Assembly: GCF_036321535.1 (NCBI RefSeq)
Contig: NC_087437.1
Location: 56,360,001-56,424,000 of the forward strand
Length of the DNA: 64,000 nt
From: Camelus dromedarius
Taxonomy: Eukaryota
Direction: 5' to 3'
In this document: positions 60,976 through 64,000 of the stretch, in pieces
Layout of the letters: each line of letters starts with the position of its first letter
Position numbering within the stretch: position 1 is the first letter of the stretch
The notes under the pieces: generated by a model
The model's database searches: none
What the model saw: only the letters and a program-made list of their open reading frames with translations
Told to the model about the DNA's origin: nothing
Position numbers and translations under genes: made by a program

Positions 60976-62881
60976 TGTTTTCTTTTTAGGGTTCTCAAAA
61001 AGTTGCCCCATACATCTGTCCAGGTTTTTAGCTACATTCATAGAGAAAGATAAGGTCGAGTTTACTTATTTCATTTCACCCAGATTCAGAGCCTTCTATG
61101 TCATTTTGCTGAAACTTTTGTTTATTAGTAAATATTGGATTCTGAAATATTCCACACAAATATCCTTTTATGGTTCAAAAGACTATAAACTAGATAAAAG
61201 TTTGATAATGAAAATAACTGATTTATTAATGAGTGCTATGTCATTTTCTGTAAAATGGAATGATTTATAACTTCTCCTATGTCCTTCAAAGGCTTGTTTG
61301 CTTTATCTTGGGTGGGCATACATGCAAGTCCTGCTCAGACTTTATCCATGAGTTAGAGAAGGGAAAGGAAGTATGTAGGTGGGATCAGGATTCAAGGAAG
61401 TGCTCTGGCTGTGGGGCTGACCGTGCATGGGATGACCATCTAGAGTCTGTGCCTTCAAGTTAACATCCAGATTTTCAGTGGGCAGGTCAAAGCAAAGGCT
61501 ATCTGTCAGCCAAGAATGAAACAGGTAACAATTTCATGGTTGCAGGAAGTTTATCTATCTTGGAGCAAAACCTTACGGGGGACAAAATGCAGGCTCCTGG
61601 AACACAGTGTTGATATGCATCAGGTTGAAGGGTCAAGCCCCACCCAAGCTGGTGGGATTCAAAGAGTGACTGTGATCTGATTGTGGAGCTGGACATGGAA
61701 TTAGGAAACTGATGGAGGAAAACAGTCTGGTGGCCTTGTGAAATGCTGTTGTACTGAAGGCAGGCTGAGCGAATGATGATTCAGAAATAATACCAGCCTT
61801 GGGGCAACAAACCTAGTTTCAACCTGTTAGCTGCTGGCCTAGTGAAAGAATCTAGTGATTAAGGCTGACTCAGAGGTAAGGAAATGTTGAACTTTAATAA
61901 GCCGAGAGAATGCAGACACTGGGAAGATGTTAAAGTGTTGGGTGTATAACAATCATTATTAACATTATGTTGATTACGTAGAACTAAGTATGTGTTTGAA
62001 ACTTCTTGCTAGATGATATAGGCATTATACTAGGAAACTGGCATTAAATATGAGAGAAGTACTAATGTCTAAGATGAGAAGTGTGACAATGATCATATAG
62101 TAAATAAAATGGAAAATGCAGGTAAGGCTGACTGGAAATTTATTATATGTAGATTCCAGTCATTTGAAGCAAGGGCGGGGCTGTTAAACCCCATCACAAT
62201 AATCTAAAGCGAGGTTGTAATTCAGACCATGAGAAACCATGCATTATTAGGCAGATTCTTTTGCTCTTCTGACAGTTTCTCCATCTCTGACAATACCTAG
62301 CGCCTCTCCCCTTGCAAGAAATAAGAACCAAAATGTATTACTAGTAATAATAGTAAAATTCTGAGGCTGAATGCAAGGCAATGTTAAATGAACCAGTCTT
62401 CTGGGAGAGATTGCAGACCAGCCACTATTATTGGTACCTTCAGTCTGTCAAAACCAGCCTGCACAATCACGTTTTGTTTTCAGTCGGCTTTATTCTAATT
62501 CATCACATTGCAAGATTGATCCTAGACTTGTGTTTGTACACAAGTTATCATTAGATTAGCTTTACCTTGGTGACCCGACTCCTTGCTGCCTCCAGCATAA
62601 TCCAGTTACTCATGGAATTATCAATTAAGGCTCTCAATCACACTAATTAGAATGTCTTCTAAGTGTTGCCTTAGGAATTCAGCAGCTTATAAACAGGCAA
62701 ATTGGGAAAATCTAGAGGTGTGAGGCTTTTTTTTTTTTTTTTTAATAGCCAAAAGCAATTTGGGAGGCTAGAGTGCTTTAGCATAGCTGAGTACTGGGGC
62801 TGAAATGTCTGTGCCCTGAATTTGTAATTAAATGTCTAGTCGCTCTCTGTTGACAAGGATTATACGGAATTATTAATTACC

Positions 62882-62998
62882 TTTATTAATGACTTGGATG
62901 CAGACATAGGTGGCATGTTGATCAAATTTAAGATGACACAAAACGGGGAGGATAACAATTATTGTGATGACAGACTCAGGAGCCAAAATGATTTCAAG
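62882..62998 (+). mobile_element. L3/CR1 LINE fossil (reverse-transcriptase catalytic region)
   Basis: Translates FINDLDADIGGMLIKF-(1-nt deletion)-DDTKRG, matching the CR1 ORF2 motif FINDLD...LIKFADDTKLGG. Confidence 0.75.
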
Positions 62999-64000
62999 GC
63001 AGAATATAATGGTAATCCATCCAATACGTGCCTGGAAGAATGATCTCCATAAGGCACAACTCAGTGATCATATCATTCTTCTAACCAGAAGCTTTCAGCA
63101 ATTCCCTATTTGCTGTTTAAATTAAATCCCAAGTCCTTAGCCTACTGTTCAAGGCCTTGCCATATTCTGATCCTAACACCCCCTGCTTTCCAGCAAAATC
63201 TCCTGTGGTTCTTTTTCTAATGCCCTGTGCTTGAGTCAAACTGAATTATTTATAGGCTATTTCTTATTTATGTTCTATGCTTCCCTACCTTTGAGCATTA
63301 TTTTCCACCTACTTTCTTTTCCCTACGCTTTTCCTTCTGCCTCAATTCTAAATTTCCAAACCAGTTCTTACTCAATTTAAAAGCTACTTTCTTGTGTTCA
63401 GTCCTCTTTGATTGCCTTAGCCGGAGTGATCTCTTTCTTTTGCTAATCTTCAATAACACTTATCAGGTCTTCTTTGACTATTTTCATCACTTCAGGTTGT
63501 ATTGCAGTTATTTCTTGTACACATTTTAAGTCTCTGCTAGATTCTGTTTGGTGCTAGAACTTCTGTCTGATCAATCTCTGTATATCCTATAATGCCTCTG
63601 CATGTGTATTGTTCAAGGCTGATGGTGCTGAAGTGGTTTGCACTTGGTTTATCTCCTCTACTGGGAGAAGTGCCTTTAGAGAGGGCCCTAAATCTTGCTG
63701 CCAGAGGCCCTTGCAATTATTTCATAATGACTTGTTAACAGAAAGCATTGAATGCAAGTTTTATTGAATTAATGAATGAATAGTCAAGAGAACAACTCCC
63801 TAAGGTAATGGTATAAGAATTGGAAGGGAATGGTGGTGTTAAGAAAGAGACATTTCATTTCTGAAATAAAATGATTGTTTAAGAGGTAATAAACTCTCCT
63901 ATGAATTGTGTACAATCATGCTAAAGAAGAAGTGTAGTATGAACAGGAGCTTTTCGGTGACGTGGGGTCAAGAGAGATGACAGGTGTTGGAAACTTGCAT

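Larger units (their letters stand above)
22857..64000 (+). other. IL1RAP: IL1RAP first intron (extends beyond the window; coding exon not reached)
   Basis: Starts at GT 22857; the signal-peptide exon (human MTLLWCVVSLYFYGILQSDAS, recalled) was not found downstream; repeat-rich and non-coding. Confidence 0.7.

Noticed and set aside
61540..61580. KFIYLGA reading resembling the F.YLG motif of non-LTR reverse transcriptases
   Set aside because: Too short, and flanking translation shows no further RT similarity; needs a Dfam search
8190..63240. Scattered single AP-1 (TGA[C/G]TCA) and STAT (TTCNNNGAA) motifs
   Set aside because: Numbers are compatible with chance in 64 kb; not reported without clustering
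1..64000. CRISPR arrays, operons, tRNA/rRNA/snRNA genes, processed pseudogenes or a novel multi-gene system
   Set aside because: Mammalian intergenic/intronic DNA; no repeat-spacer array, structured RNA gene or retrocopy recognised

Overview
Mammalian genomic DNA, most likely a camelid. This is inferred from lineage-type L1 3' ends and from finding no Alu, BovB/Bov-tA, PRE-1, CHR-2 or CAN SINEs. The one clear gene feature is a CpG-island promoter (~22.06-23.12 kb) with a non-coding first exon (~22684-22856, donor AAG|GTGAGT). I recognise that exon from memory as the 5' end of IL1RAP (interleukin-1 receptor accessory protein), + strand. About 22 kb upstream is intergenic. The remaining ~41 kb is the IL1RAP first intron, including a probable homolog of human 5'-UTR exon 2 (56173-56265) that lies inside an antisense L1 remnant and has no AG acceptor here. 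I found no protein-coding exon; the ORF track consists of chance ORFs and decayed L1 ORF2 fragments. The rest is typical repeat content: L1, L2, MIR, an L3/CR1 fossil, ERV/MaLR solo LTRs, MER DNA transposons and microsatellites, several with readable target-site duplications (TSDs). I see no evidence of a novel biological system; the findings are modest regulatory, splicing and transposon-history observations. Repeat family names are from recall, not a database search, and boundaries without TSDs are approximate.
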